Below, piece after piece: positions 52,100 to 64,000 of a stretch of DNA of 64,000 nucleotides. Position numbers and translations under genes: made by a program. The stretch comes from Octopus sinensis (taxonomy: Eukaryota). The notes under the pieces were generated by a model. The model saw only the letters and a list, made by a program, of their open reading frames with translations, ran no database searches and was not told the origin of the DNA. The DNA lies in assembly GCF_006345805.1 (NCBI RefSeq), contig NC_042999.1:43896001-43960000 (forward strand), written 5' to 3'. The first letter of the stretch is position 1. Each line of letters starts with the position of its first letter.

Positions 52100-52360
52100 T
52101 AGCCTCGCCTGGCCCCCGTGCCGGTGGCACGTAAAAAGCACCATCCGAGCGTGGCCGTTCGCCAGCCTCATCTGGCACCTGTGCCGGTGGCACGTAAAAA
52201 GCACCCACTACACTCACGGAGTGGTTGGCGTTAGGAAGGGCATCCAGCTGTAGAAACACTGCCAGGTCTGACTGGCCTGGTGCAGCCTTCGGGCTTCCCA
52301 GACCCCAGTTGAACCGTGCAACCCATGCTAGCATGGAAAGCGGACGTTAAACGATGATGA

Positions 52361-52363
<3 letters not shown>
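52100..52363 (+). mobile_element. Family D repeat
   Basis: Two gtgccggtggcacgtaaaaagcacc motifs, RTE-type tail and (gat)n. Confidence 0.85.
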
Positions 52364-52399
<36 letters not shown>

Positions 52400-52879
52400 C
52401 GCAGCTAAGGGTGTGTGGTCGAGAAATTTGCTTCCCAGCCACATAATTTCGGGTTCAGTCCCACTGTGTGGCACCTTAGGCAAGTGTCTTCTACAATAGC
52501 CCATGGTCGATCAAAGCCTTGTAAATGGATTTAGTAAACAGAACATAGAAGCTTGTTGTTGTTGTTGTATGTGTGTGTGTGTGTGTGTTCATTTGTGGAA
52601 ACTAAAAATGAACAACAAACAATCTTCTGTTAACTTCACCAAAGATGGTGTGTATTCACCACAATAATAATTTCTTAACATGGTCAAAAAGATTACGTGA
52701 AAATTAACTTATTCACTGACAGCGTCACGCAACTGACATGATAACATAAACGAAGAGAAATCGTGATGTAATTTTGAATCAGCAGTAAATAAGAATCGTT
52801 TATTGATACTCTGACTATTGGTGTTAACTTTATATTTTGTTATACATAGTGTTATTCTTTTAATGGGTGTTCACCATAC

Positions 52880-53085
52880 CTATTTCTTTATTACCCACAA
52901 GGGGCTAAACACAGAGGGGACAAACAAGGACAGACATAGGTATTAAGTCGATTACATCGACCTCAGTGCGTAATTGGTACTTAATTTATCGACCCCGAAA
53001 GGATGAAAGGCAAAGTCGACCTCGGCAGAATTTGAACTCACAACGTAACGCAGACGAAATACCGCTAAGCATTTCGCCCGGCGAT
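52880..53085 (-). mobile_element. Young OK-like SINE, 5'-truncated
   Basis: Reverse complement of family A with the Tx1-type tail. Confidence 0.9.
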
Positions 53086-54276
53086 AGCCAAACCACACCC
53101 TACCGTTGGATAATGCGCTTCTTGATTCCCTTACACATAGGAAAAAGACGAGATGGTCACAGTTAGAATGCTTTTGATCATGGGTTAATTGAATAAAGCT
53201 GACCTGGGATTAAATAACCACAGCAAAATAATGTTTACTAAACAATGAAAAAGTCGCAATAAATGATTGATTTTTCTATTGTATTGTTTCAGGTAAGAAA
53301 TATTTAATAAAATGTGATTTCCTCCCCCCCCACCACCACCACCACCACTACATATAAATAACTGCTATTATATAAATTCTGTTCAGGTCATAACTTATAA
53401 TTTAATAAGCGACTTAAAATATTATTTATTGCATTTGGCCATTCCAAGACACTTGTTTGATAGCACCGCATCCATCCCGTTCAACTCTTTATAATAATAT
53501 CTAGGAAATATACTATGAATCTTCTTATGAGCTTGTCAGAGATATTGCAGCGCTAAACGATAATCAGTGCAGAGTAAGATAAAAAATACGGATTATGTAA
53601 CGAATCGAAAACGTTTCATAACTACTATTATTATTATTAATATTTAGATGTAAGAACTTTAAAAAATGATAATCATTTTAGCACTAGGAGTAATTTAAAA
53701 TTGGAAGAAAAAAGAAATCAACTTTACAAAAGGTATGATTTTTTAAAATAATTTACTTCAATGTTTAAGTTCAATCACGAATCAGTACGGGGAAGTAGCG
53801 AAACGAAACGTTTTGTATTACGATTTGCTTTTTACATTTACTACTAGAAGCGTCGTCGTTAACGGTAAACAGAACTTAGTAGAGAAAGTGGAGCGAAAGC
53901 TATGAGTAGCCAGCTCCTCTTAACTAATGCTACAGTTACTTCCACGTTACTATTACATATTGGATTGACATTGTTCCTACAGCAATAGTATCTGGACTAC
54001 ATACATAAAACATGTGGCTGGTAAGAAATATATTTCGGAGATATTTCTAATTTATGTATATTTTTGTTATCTTATTTTCAGGTGCGTCGGCGATACATGT
54101 TAATTATATTTAGTAAAATAGCAATTTAATATGAACGTTGTGTTGTTTATAGTCACATTTTATATAGTAACATTATATATATATATGTATATATATACGG
54201 TACTAGTGTCGTAGACTTGGACCCGGTTTGTGCACAATATACACATATATAGGGGGCTAATGTCTTAACCTCCGCC

Positions 54277-54411
54277 TATATATACATACACATACATATA
54301 TATATACACACATATATATACACACATATATATATATACACACACATATATATATATACACACATATATATATATACACACATATATATACACACACATA
54401 TATATACACAC

Positions 54412-54442
<31 letters not shown>

Positions 54443-54830
54443 TATATATACACACATATATATATACACATATATATACACACACATATACACACACATA
54501 TATATACACACAGACACATATATATACACACACATATATATATACACACAGACATATATATACACACACACATATAATATACACATACATATATATATAT
54601 ATATATACACATACATATATATATACACATACATATATATATACACACACATACATATATATATACACACACACATACATATATATATACACACACACAT
54701 ACATACATATATACACATATATATATATATACATACACACATGTATATATATGTATATACATACACATACATACATACACAACTCAGACAAATATACACA
54801 CACGTATATGAGTGTGTGCAAATACATAAA
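54277..54830. repeat. Compound (CA)n(TA)n minisatellite
   Basis: Direct inspection; source of the YI/VC-rich ORFs. Confidence 0.95.
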
Positions 54831-55574
54831 TAATTTAATATGTATGAGCCTAAACATGTTAAAAGTTTTACGATACAAGTTTAGCTGTGTAATTACTTTT
54901 CGTTATGATGACCTTTCTTTATCGGGAGTGATTCGTTTCATATCTAGTTTCAAATGGTTAACAACATTTTTGTTACTTAACATGTATATATATTTTTTTA
55001 TTTCTGTATAGTTTTAATTTTACTTAGAACTTACCGTGGCCCGGTTTCGGCGTGTACGCGCATAAAAAAGACACTAAAACTAATATTAGTTTCTTGCCGA
55101 AGACTATTAACCCAATGAATTCATATCCTGATATAATTTTTCTTTCTCGTAATAATTATTACAGTCTTTCTGCTATGAAGTATCTGAAGTATTTTTTTTT
55201 TTTAGACCCAGATTTAAATCGATCTGCCCTTCACATCCTCTCTAGCTCGACCGCCTTTCTGTACTGTTTTTCTTAAGTTTCTGAACATTTCAATCTTTCA
55301 CTGTTGCATTTTATAATTATCTTAATACTGATACTATACCCTTCGAATTTCTTTTGAATTTTCTCGACTTCTATAGTCAATTCTTCATACATTTAAGCAG
55401 ACCATTTTCACATAGGCATTTCATTTCAACAATTCGCGCTTTATTTTTGTTATTCTTCTCTTTAGCATACGGTTGGGCACTCTAGTTCTTAGAATATTAA
55501 TTTTTGTTTTAAATAGTTCTTGCATTATAGATGGTCCTACTGCGCTAAATATTATTCTAGTGCAATGTTATATA

Positions 55575-55609
<35 letters not shown>

Positions 55610-56086
55610 TATATTAAATTAGAGATAAAACCACTATTAGGCAAGTCAAACAGTGAAAAACATAAGCCAATACATAAAATTAATTAAAAAATATAAAAAG
55701 ATAAATATATATATAAATACATATATGTATGTGTGTGTATGCGCGTGCATACACAAAATCATTCACCATTAATTTTAATAGTTTCACAAGTAAATTATTA
55801 ACGTGTGTATACACACACACACAAATACTTCTAAGCGTAAAAAGCATGTATGTATTCAAATGGTATTGGAGGTGTGAATAACATACATACAAATATTACA
55901 CACACATTTAATCAGAACAATAGAGAAGTAGAGCATATCTCAATCGTAATACAAGTTATTCATTCCCAAGTTCACGGGTGGATGGTTGATATATATAAAA
56001 AATTCCCCACTATTAAACAATCCGTCCTTTTCTATCGTGATTACATGTCTAATTTTTAGTTTTCTTTAATATATATATAAAGGATA

Positions 56087-56088
56087 TC

Positions 56089-56123
<35 letters not shown>

Positions 56124-56229
56124 GATATATATATATATTATATATATAATATATATATATATATATTATATATATATATATATACATATATATCTATATA
56201 TATATATATAGATATATATATATATATAT

Positions 56230-56306
<77 letters not shown>

Positions 56307-56327
56307 TATATATATATATATATATAT
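56087..56327. repeat. (TA)n microsatellite
   Basis: Direct inspection; similar tracts at ~38255-38490, 46620-46750 and 48770-49155. Confidence 0.95.
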
Positions 56328-58639
56328 TTCCTTTTGGGATTACTAATTCGCTGTACGTTTCCGACACCTATTGATAGTTTAGAAGGGACCATCGCCATTG
56401 TGTGATGAAGCTGCGAAGAGAAGAGAGATACTGGCAGGCAGACAGGAGGAAGGAACCATGGCACCGACTATAAGCATGCAAGGGAGAAAGGAACTGTTGC
56501 TTTGTTCGTTCTAAGAGTTCGCTAGCTGTTGGAGCGATCGATCATTACTCATCGATTCTGTTTACTTTCTTCCGACGGATTCTTGTTTCTTCCTTCAAAA
56601 TAGTGCATCTCTGCAGACCCTTATTAAAAAGATAAATAGAAGTGATGCGAGCACGCATGTATAATTACACACACACACCACACACACACACACACATCAA
56701 TGAGTTTATTTGGTCAGAAGATCTAGTAGAAATAGCAACCAAAGCTTTTTTTTTTTTAAATCGCATTATTGCACTTTTAGAAGAAAAAAAGGTTAAGATA
56801 TAGAGATATTTTGCGATAATATCTCACAATAAATCCTTTCTGAAATGACTGAATGATCATCTTTCTCTCTGTTCGACCTGGTGTTATACACACGCGAATT
56901 CGAGAGGAATAAAATCATTGCAAACCGATAATAAAAAACATTTATTTTATTATTTTTATGCAGTTTAATAAAAATTACATACACATGCTTATGACTTTTA
57001 TGAGGAAACTGTGCGTGCGTGTGTGATTCCAAGTCAACATGTTTTTGAATGGTTAATATGTGCTTTCCGCGATGTAATTGTTATATTTGGCCATTTAACG
57101 TAATTTATGACTTTAATTAAATTATATATAAAAAAATAATTATACCATTATATATAATGGCGGTGCCCCAGCATGGCCACAGCTCGTGAGCTGAAACTAA
57201 TTGAAATGAAATGTACTTCTTTTATGATTCCCTTATCCAGTGTTAAATGTGAACTCTGTAAGAATACGATTTTGTTGTTGGTTTCTTTGGAATTCTTGTC
57301 TCCGACAAAATTCTTTTACCCTTTTCCTTATTAAACTGATAAATCTCTTTGAAAAAATGTTTTTATTTACTACTGTATAACAAACAGCATTCTTGGGCAA
57401 ACTGAATCGGTGACCCCGTTTTATTTACCGTTTCCCTTCTAAAGCGTGGTCCCTTCTAAACTTTACCATGCTGTTGGTAAAGGCATAAACATCACAACTA
57501 CTCCAAGACCGACAGGTTCTAACAAACCCACCCATTTTTATATATGTGCTGTGTGTGTGTGTTTGTATATATATGGTAGTGGTGTGAACGTAGAGCTCTG
57601 AGAATTAAGTCAGCGAACCGGTTTTGTTTGGGCAACTGCTGTAGCTGCTTTACTTAATTGTTCATGGGAAACGAATGAACTCCACAACATCTATTTACTC
57701 TTCACTATCCCTACGTGACCTTTGTGCCTTTGAGAGATATCGCAACATATACAACGCCATTCATTGCTTTTTATTTGTTTGTTTTTTCATTCAATAGCAG
57801 TGTGTTGCACATTCTTGCATATTCCAACTGGTTTCCCCATTGTTGAATGCTTAGCAAAGTGTTGCATGCTGGCTGCTCGTTTTCGCAGAACTGTAGCAGA
57901 CTGGCATAATATTTCGGAAGCCATTTCTCCTAGAGTATCATTCTTCATCGCTGATCCATCGAATTTTTTCATTTGTTTTCCTTCTCTCTCTCTCTATCTC
58001 TCACTCGTCTCTCTATTTCTGTTTGAGATTAATTCTTTGCTGATGTATGATAGAAAAAAAAATACAATAGATGATAGCTTAGATATTAAAAAAAAAAAAT
58101 ATGTTGAAAAATTTATGTATTCTGAAATAAATAAATAAATAAATGAATGAATGAATGGCAGATTTATATATAATGGTAAATCTGGTGGATATTCCGAAGC
58201 TGAGAATTATACATCTGTTTCTAATTACTATTGCTGTATATTTTGTTTCCAAATCAGATGTACCGTTTTCAAATAAGGATTTAGGTTGAAAAAATCGTTG
58301 AAAATGTTTTTGGTTTTATTTCAAACCATCCTCTCAAATGTATATTAACCTTTTTTTTTTTTTTTTGTAAGGAATATGATTCTAAGATTTCAAAATTTCT
58401 AAAATGTTAACTCATTACTTGAAATTTATGTTCTTATAAATACTGGTTGTTTTTGGTTCAATCTCACTAGGGTGGGGAGAGAAAGCTTTTACGGACTACT
58501 GATGAATGCTTTGTGAGTGTATAATACATATTTGTGTGTGGTACAAGGCCTGAAATTTGAGGAAGCGTACCAGTCGATTATATCAGCTCTAGAATTTATA
58601 ACAATGATGTATCTTTTCTATTATACTATAGAAAAGAGG

Positions 58640-58680
<41 letters not shown>

Positions 58681-58681
58681 T

Positions 58682-58724
<43 letters not shown>

Positions 58725-59573
58725 CGGTAAAAGAGACCGATACCAATAAGTACTAAGATTTAAAAAATAAGTCCTGGGGCTCGATATGGTCGACTAAAAC
58801 GCTTCAAGGCGGTGCCCCAGCATGGCCGCAGTCAAAAGACTGAAACAGGTAAAATATATATATACATATATATTATCTATAAAATTGTATCTTAGTGTAA
58901 GATAAACATGAATATTGCTTTCAAATTTTGGCACAAAGCCGGCAATTTCCAGGGTGAGTGCTACTTAATTGCATCCATCTCAATGCTCAACTGGTGCTTA
59001 TTTTATCAACCCCGAAAGAACGAAAGGCTAAGTCAACTTCGGTGGAATTTGAACTCAGAACATTAAAGACGGACGAAATGCCGCTAATCATTTTGCCCGG
59101 CGTGCAGACTATTCTCCCAGCTCTCTGTTTTGGGATAAACATTAATATTACAATCTGTTAAATATAATTTTCTTTTTGGTCAGAAAGAAAGAAAGCTGAC
59201 ATATCACCTGTTCCTATTTTTCTACAAAATAAACTATTTCTTCCTGTGTGTATGTTTGTGTGTGTATTTATTCGAAATAAATCTGACTAATGTATATTAG
59301 TGGTCTCTGTGTGTAGCATACACACATTTATAGTCATAAACACTAATTGTATTGATTAAAGGACCTAAAACATTAGAAGAATTTATATTAATCATGGTCG
59401 TCTTTTGATTAAACCTCATAATTTCTATTGACTGTGCTTTTTTTTTACATTCCCAAATTCTGGAACGTTGAAAGCTTTTCGCGTTTGAAAAAAAGCTGCT
59501 ATTTATAGAATGTCCACTTGCTGTTGATAACGAAGCAGTGAGGCTGTTGAATAACCATTCCATGATTGCTCAC

Positions 59574-59621
59574 CGTTACTGTTTGCAAAAAGACCTGCCC
59601 TTCTTGGCTCACATGTCTAGC
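59574..59621 (-). other. Candidate 48-nt exon
   Basis: cttccttcttaacag|GCTAGACATG...CAGTAACG|gtgagc; frame 0 open (ARHVSQEGQVFLQTVT), other frames closed. Confidence 0.35.
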
Positions 59622-60099
59622 CTGTTAAGAAGGAAGATTATGTTTATCACTAACTTAAAACAAACTATTATCATTCCAGCTTAATACCTGCTTCTCCTAA
59701 ATACATCTCTCTCTTATTCAAACAAGTAATTTTTAAAATAAATAATATTGAATAACAAGCTGTGCTGTGCCTCCCCCCCCCATCTCTAATTAGTTTACCC
59801 GTAGATTGTTGTGATTCTCATGATAAGGTTTAGATAAATTTTTCTCTCGTTCTCTCTTGTGAATTATAAAAACCAACTTTTGTAGTTTCGTGAGCCAAGC
59901 TTTTGTTGTAATCAGTTGGTCGTTGTTAGGAATTCTTCGACTTGGTTGGTACTTGTTGCTTGTAAACATCAATCAAATACCTTGAACTGAATCCATTTTT
60001 CTACGATCCAATTGAGGAAACTACTAAGCGGTCACTTGACTTGCTAGAAATAAACAACTCGCCTTCAAATTAAAGCATACCGGTATCATTGAGAGATCC

Positions 60100-60332
60100 T
60101 AGGCGGCAAGCTGGCAGAAACGTTAGCACGCCGGGCGAAATGCGTAGCCGTATTTTGTCTGTCGTTACGTTGTGAGTTCAAATTCCGCCGAGGTCGACTT
60201 TGCCTTTAATCCTTTCGGGGTCGATAAATTAAGTACCAGTTACGCACTGGGGTCGATGTAATCGACTCAATACCTATGTCTGTCCTTGTTTGTCCCCTCT
60301 GTCTTTAGCCCCTTGTGGGTAATAAAGAAATA
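60100..60332 (+). mobile_element. Young OK-like SINE with 18-bp TSD
   Basis: TSD ggtatcattgagagatcc at 60082-60099 and 60333-60350. Confidence 0.93.
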
Positions 60333-62421
60333 GGTATCATTGAGAGATCCAATGATATATAAAAGACGGGATTGTTATGGATGGAACATCTTTGGTGATG
60401 AGTATAACTGATCGGAACTGACTTGAAACTAAACATCAAGAACAATTAATTACTTTTCGGCTAATCATCGTCATCGTCTTAAATTTAAAAAAAAATTATT
60501 TTCTAATCATTTACTGATTACTTGTAGAATATTTAATCAAATGTAGGAACTACTAGTTTCGGAAATATTTAAATTAAAAAATGTACTACTTATTAACATT
60601 AAGTATTGCATTTTCACTAGTTTTGTTTAAACGTCAGCTAACAAACAGACTCCTGTAAAGAATTCACACTTTTCATTCTCGTGATATTTTTGATGTTTAA
60701 GATTAAGGCTCTTTGTATTTCAAGAAATGTTGGTTTGCAACGAATTGTCCAACAATTGCATTGGACACGTAAATAAGCCCAACAAAATAGTGAAAGCCGC
60801 TTTTTATAAACACGGATAATGTTATCAAACGGAAATTGTTTTCGAAATCAGGGTTCCGAACTCGCTCGGGATAGTTATACCTTCCGTTTAATGCCATCAG
60901 CTAGTTATTGTTATCTAAAAACAACCCCACCCCCAGCGTGTGATCACATTAAGCGGTTTTTCTTAGTCGAGTGATGCAACCTGGTGGTTATTACATGGTC
61001 AACTCTATTTCGTTGGACGAGCAAGGAGTTCAATGAGATAAAAGGATATATAACCACATCTAATGACTTGATAAAATTATTGTGGGACTTCTAATGACTT
61101 GATAAAATTATGGGCAATCCGCAGCACTCAGGCAAGCACGTGGCTCCTTATGACTTTTTATATGACATACATAATACCGTGATTGTTAACATTATATATA
61201 TATATATTTTTTTTTTTTTTGCTTTTTTACTTTATTCTGTAGTGAAATCTCTCTAGGTCTGCCTATTCGTTTGAACAACTTTGTTTCTCTCGATTAAGGT
61301 TTGGTGGTATTAAAAAGTTAAATTCGAGTTATCAACCAATTTGATAAATCCGATTTATAGTAAAGATTCTTTCTTATGACCACTAACTGGAAAAAGCTTA
61401 CTTGTAGCTCTTCTAAAGTTTTTGGGGCCATTGTTTCGAACTTGTATCCAGTTTAAAATTTGCTCAATGAATACATAATACGGGCATGGGGATAACACGT
61501 ACTGCTTGGAAGAAGTATACAATGTTTTGAAATTTTATTTCTTCTTGGAGGGTGTTTAGAATTGGTGGTTATTATTAGCAATTAATTGTGTGACCCTGTA
61601 AGTCGTTGTTTATTTGACAAAAAGCCTTCGGAATGTCAAACGTTGCTCTTTTAACGTGCTTTTAACAACAGCTTTTTGTTCTCGAGCCAACTACAATTAA
61701 CACATCTCTCTCAGATCACACTCTACCGTCTTAAAGAAAAACAAAAGAATACATTGCTAATGTGGATACACAGTACCCGGAGAAAAAGTTAGATTGTAAT
61801 GACTTCAATGCTTTTGATATTTTTGGTTATAGGTCTCTTCTATCTGGACACTGACCTGGGGCTAAACATATTTTATTCACTTTACTGCGCAGCATCAATT
61901 GAAATGTGTGCGTAGAGGAGTAAATATTTCCCACTTCTTTTATACTATGGCTCTGAAACCTACCCTATTTTCTTGAATCGCAATTTTGACTACATGCTTT
62001 AGGAAATGAAAATTCTCTGACATGACTCATTGTTATGTGTGTATGTGTGTATATATATATATGTGGGTCATGTAAGTTTTTTCTATATTAAACACAGCAA
62101 TCTATCTTTTCTCTGGTTTCTGATTTGGTGTCTTTCAAGCTTAAGTTACTCGTAAAAAGGAAGTAAAATTTGCCATTACTATAACTTACTTTGATAAATT
62201 AAAGTAGATCATAATTGAACTTTTCTACATGAAGCATTTTCAGTTTCTAAATCTGTATAGCTATTTGCATTAAAAAGGAGAAATAAACAAATGATTATAC
62301 TAGGGTAAAGCAATACACTGGCCCCTATAGTATTTATTGACAGTAAGCCAGAGTATACATAGATCATAGTTGGGACCCTAGACCGCGAGGCACCTGGACA
62401 GCTGCCCAGCGTGTCCATACC

Positions 62422-62632
62422 TATTTCTTTATTACCCACAAGGGGCCAAACACAAAGGGGACAATCAATGACAGACATAGGTATTAAGTCGATTACATCG
62501 TCCCCAGTGCGTAACTGGTACTTAATTTATCGACCCCGAAAGGATGAAAGGCAAAGTCGACCTCGGCGGAATTCGAACTCAACGTAACGCAGGCGAAATA
62601 CCGCTAAGCATTTCGCCCGACGTGCTAACGTT
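62422..62632 (-). mobile_element. Young OK-like SINE, 5'-truncated
   Basis: Reverse complement of family A with the Tx1-type tail. Confidence 0.9.
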
Positions 62633-63726
62633 TTGGATTAAATACTCGGTAATCAAAATTAAACTGTAGAAAGTTTATCATTTGTGTATGATACATTCTA
62701 GTTTCTTTGTTGAATTATCACATATTGTTTTCTTTCATAAGCCATCTGAAAGTTCCTTATCTCGACATATGCCTAGAAATGAAGTTTTGAAAACTCTTAA
62801 ATTAGCAGGCATGATTATGAGATTAAGCAAGTTCACTTCATAGCCATGTGATTCCGAGTACGATATCAGTACGTGTCACCCTGAGCAAGTGTTTTCTATC
62901 AGAGCCCCGTGTTTACCAATAACATGTGAACGAAATTCTATGTTTATTGAAAGAAGCTCGTCGTACGTACTAAGCATGGCCAATTGGTTAAAAAGTTTGC
63001 TTCGCAATCACAAGGTCCCGGGTTCGAATCATTATGAGCTTTGGATCTGGTAGGTGGAAAGTGTTCGGAAACCAGTCAGATGGATGGCTTGTGCGCACAA
63101 TTAAAAAGCCCAGCCTTGTGACGCCGATTCCACTTGGGAATTGCGAAGAATACAATTGATGTGGAATGTTCAGTCCCACGTTAGTTAGCAGGTACTCGAA
63201 GTACTGAATATTCATTAACGGATATCTACCTACCTACTTCCTAGCGATAGACACAGATATCGACAGGAAAAATGTAGTTTTTACATGTTGATGACAAAAA
63301 TTAGTTTATTTTTTTCCTTGAAATTAAGTTTCATCAGTGTAGAAAGGGGGAAATGTAGAGAAAATTTGAAATACTTCTAGTAGTTTTGGGGAAATTTAAC
63401 GAGATTCCACTTTTGCCTTCATTAAATACACTAAACAAATAATTGACCCATTGGAAATGTTTTAACCAACGACGCTATTGTTCACCAATTGCAATATACA
63501 TGAAATTGCAATAACGTAACTGGCGGTGTATTGTGCAACTCTTTGTAATATAGACTAGTTGATTATGTTGCACATTTCGATTTCCTCATTCTTCTGTGCT
63601 GAGTGAATCTACTTGTATAATAAATAATTAGGTAACTGCTGAATTGTAAATTAAGAAACCTAGTTGCTGATATGGTGATCTACAGGTTTGCTAACTAGTT
63701 GTTTTTATTTCATTAAATTCTCTTAA

Positions 63727-63964
63727 TGTGTGTGTGTATATGTATGTGTGTGTGTATATGTATGTGTGTGTGTATATGTATGTGTGTGTGTATATGTATG
63801 TGTGTGTGTATATGTATGTGTGTGTGTATGTGTGTGTGTATGTGTGTATGTGTGTGTGTGTATATATATATATGTGTGTGTGTGTATATATATGTATGTG
63901 TGTGTGTATATATATGTGTGTGTGTGTGTGTATATATATATGTGTGTGTGTGTGTATATATATG

Positions 63965-63995
<31 letters not shown>

Positions 63996-64000
63996 ATATA
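63727..64000. repeat. Compound (TG)n(TA)n repeat running off the window
   Basis: Direct inspection. Confidence 0.95.

Noticed and set aside
57787-57972. 61-aa minus-strand ORF (and 60703-60897, 64 aa)
   Set aside because: Unique sequence, but no recognisable homology or splice support.

Overview
AT-rich, repeat-dense eukaryotic (animal) DNA. The SINE repertoire resembles the tRNA-derived OK/OR1/OR2-type families described from octopus, so a cephalopod origin is inferred but not proven. There is no intact long protein-coding ORF; almost all listed ORFs are translations of microsatellites or SINEs. Well-supported content: one intact tRNA-Arg(TCG) gene; a tRNA-Glu 3'-half pseudogene; a 2.5-kb 5'-truncated Tx1/L1-clade LINE with a 15-bp TSD; R4/Dong-, CR1-, RTE- and Penelope-like LINE remnants; mariner and Tc1 remnants; piggyBac-, Kolobok- and hAT-type MITEs; Helitron-like elements; dozens of SINEs; and many (TA)n/(CA)n tracts. 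Most interesting observations: (1) the youngest SINE subfamily shares its 3' tail with the Tx1-like LINE and repeatedly lands at 5'-GGTAT sites; (2) three decayed type I hammerhead-ribozyme folds with unusually long stem II, each next to a microsatellite; (3) a spacer-less ~690-bp palindrome inside a Helitron-like element; (4) candidate micro-exons of unidentified host genes. Boundaries of degenerate repeats are approximate and were read by eye.
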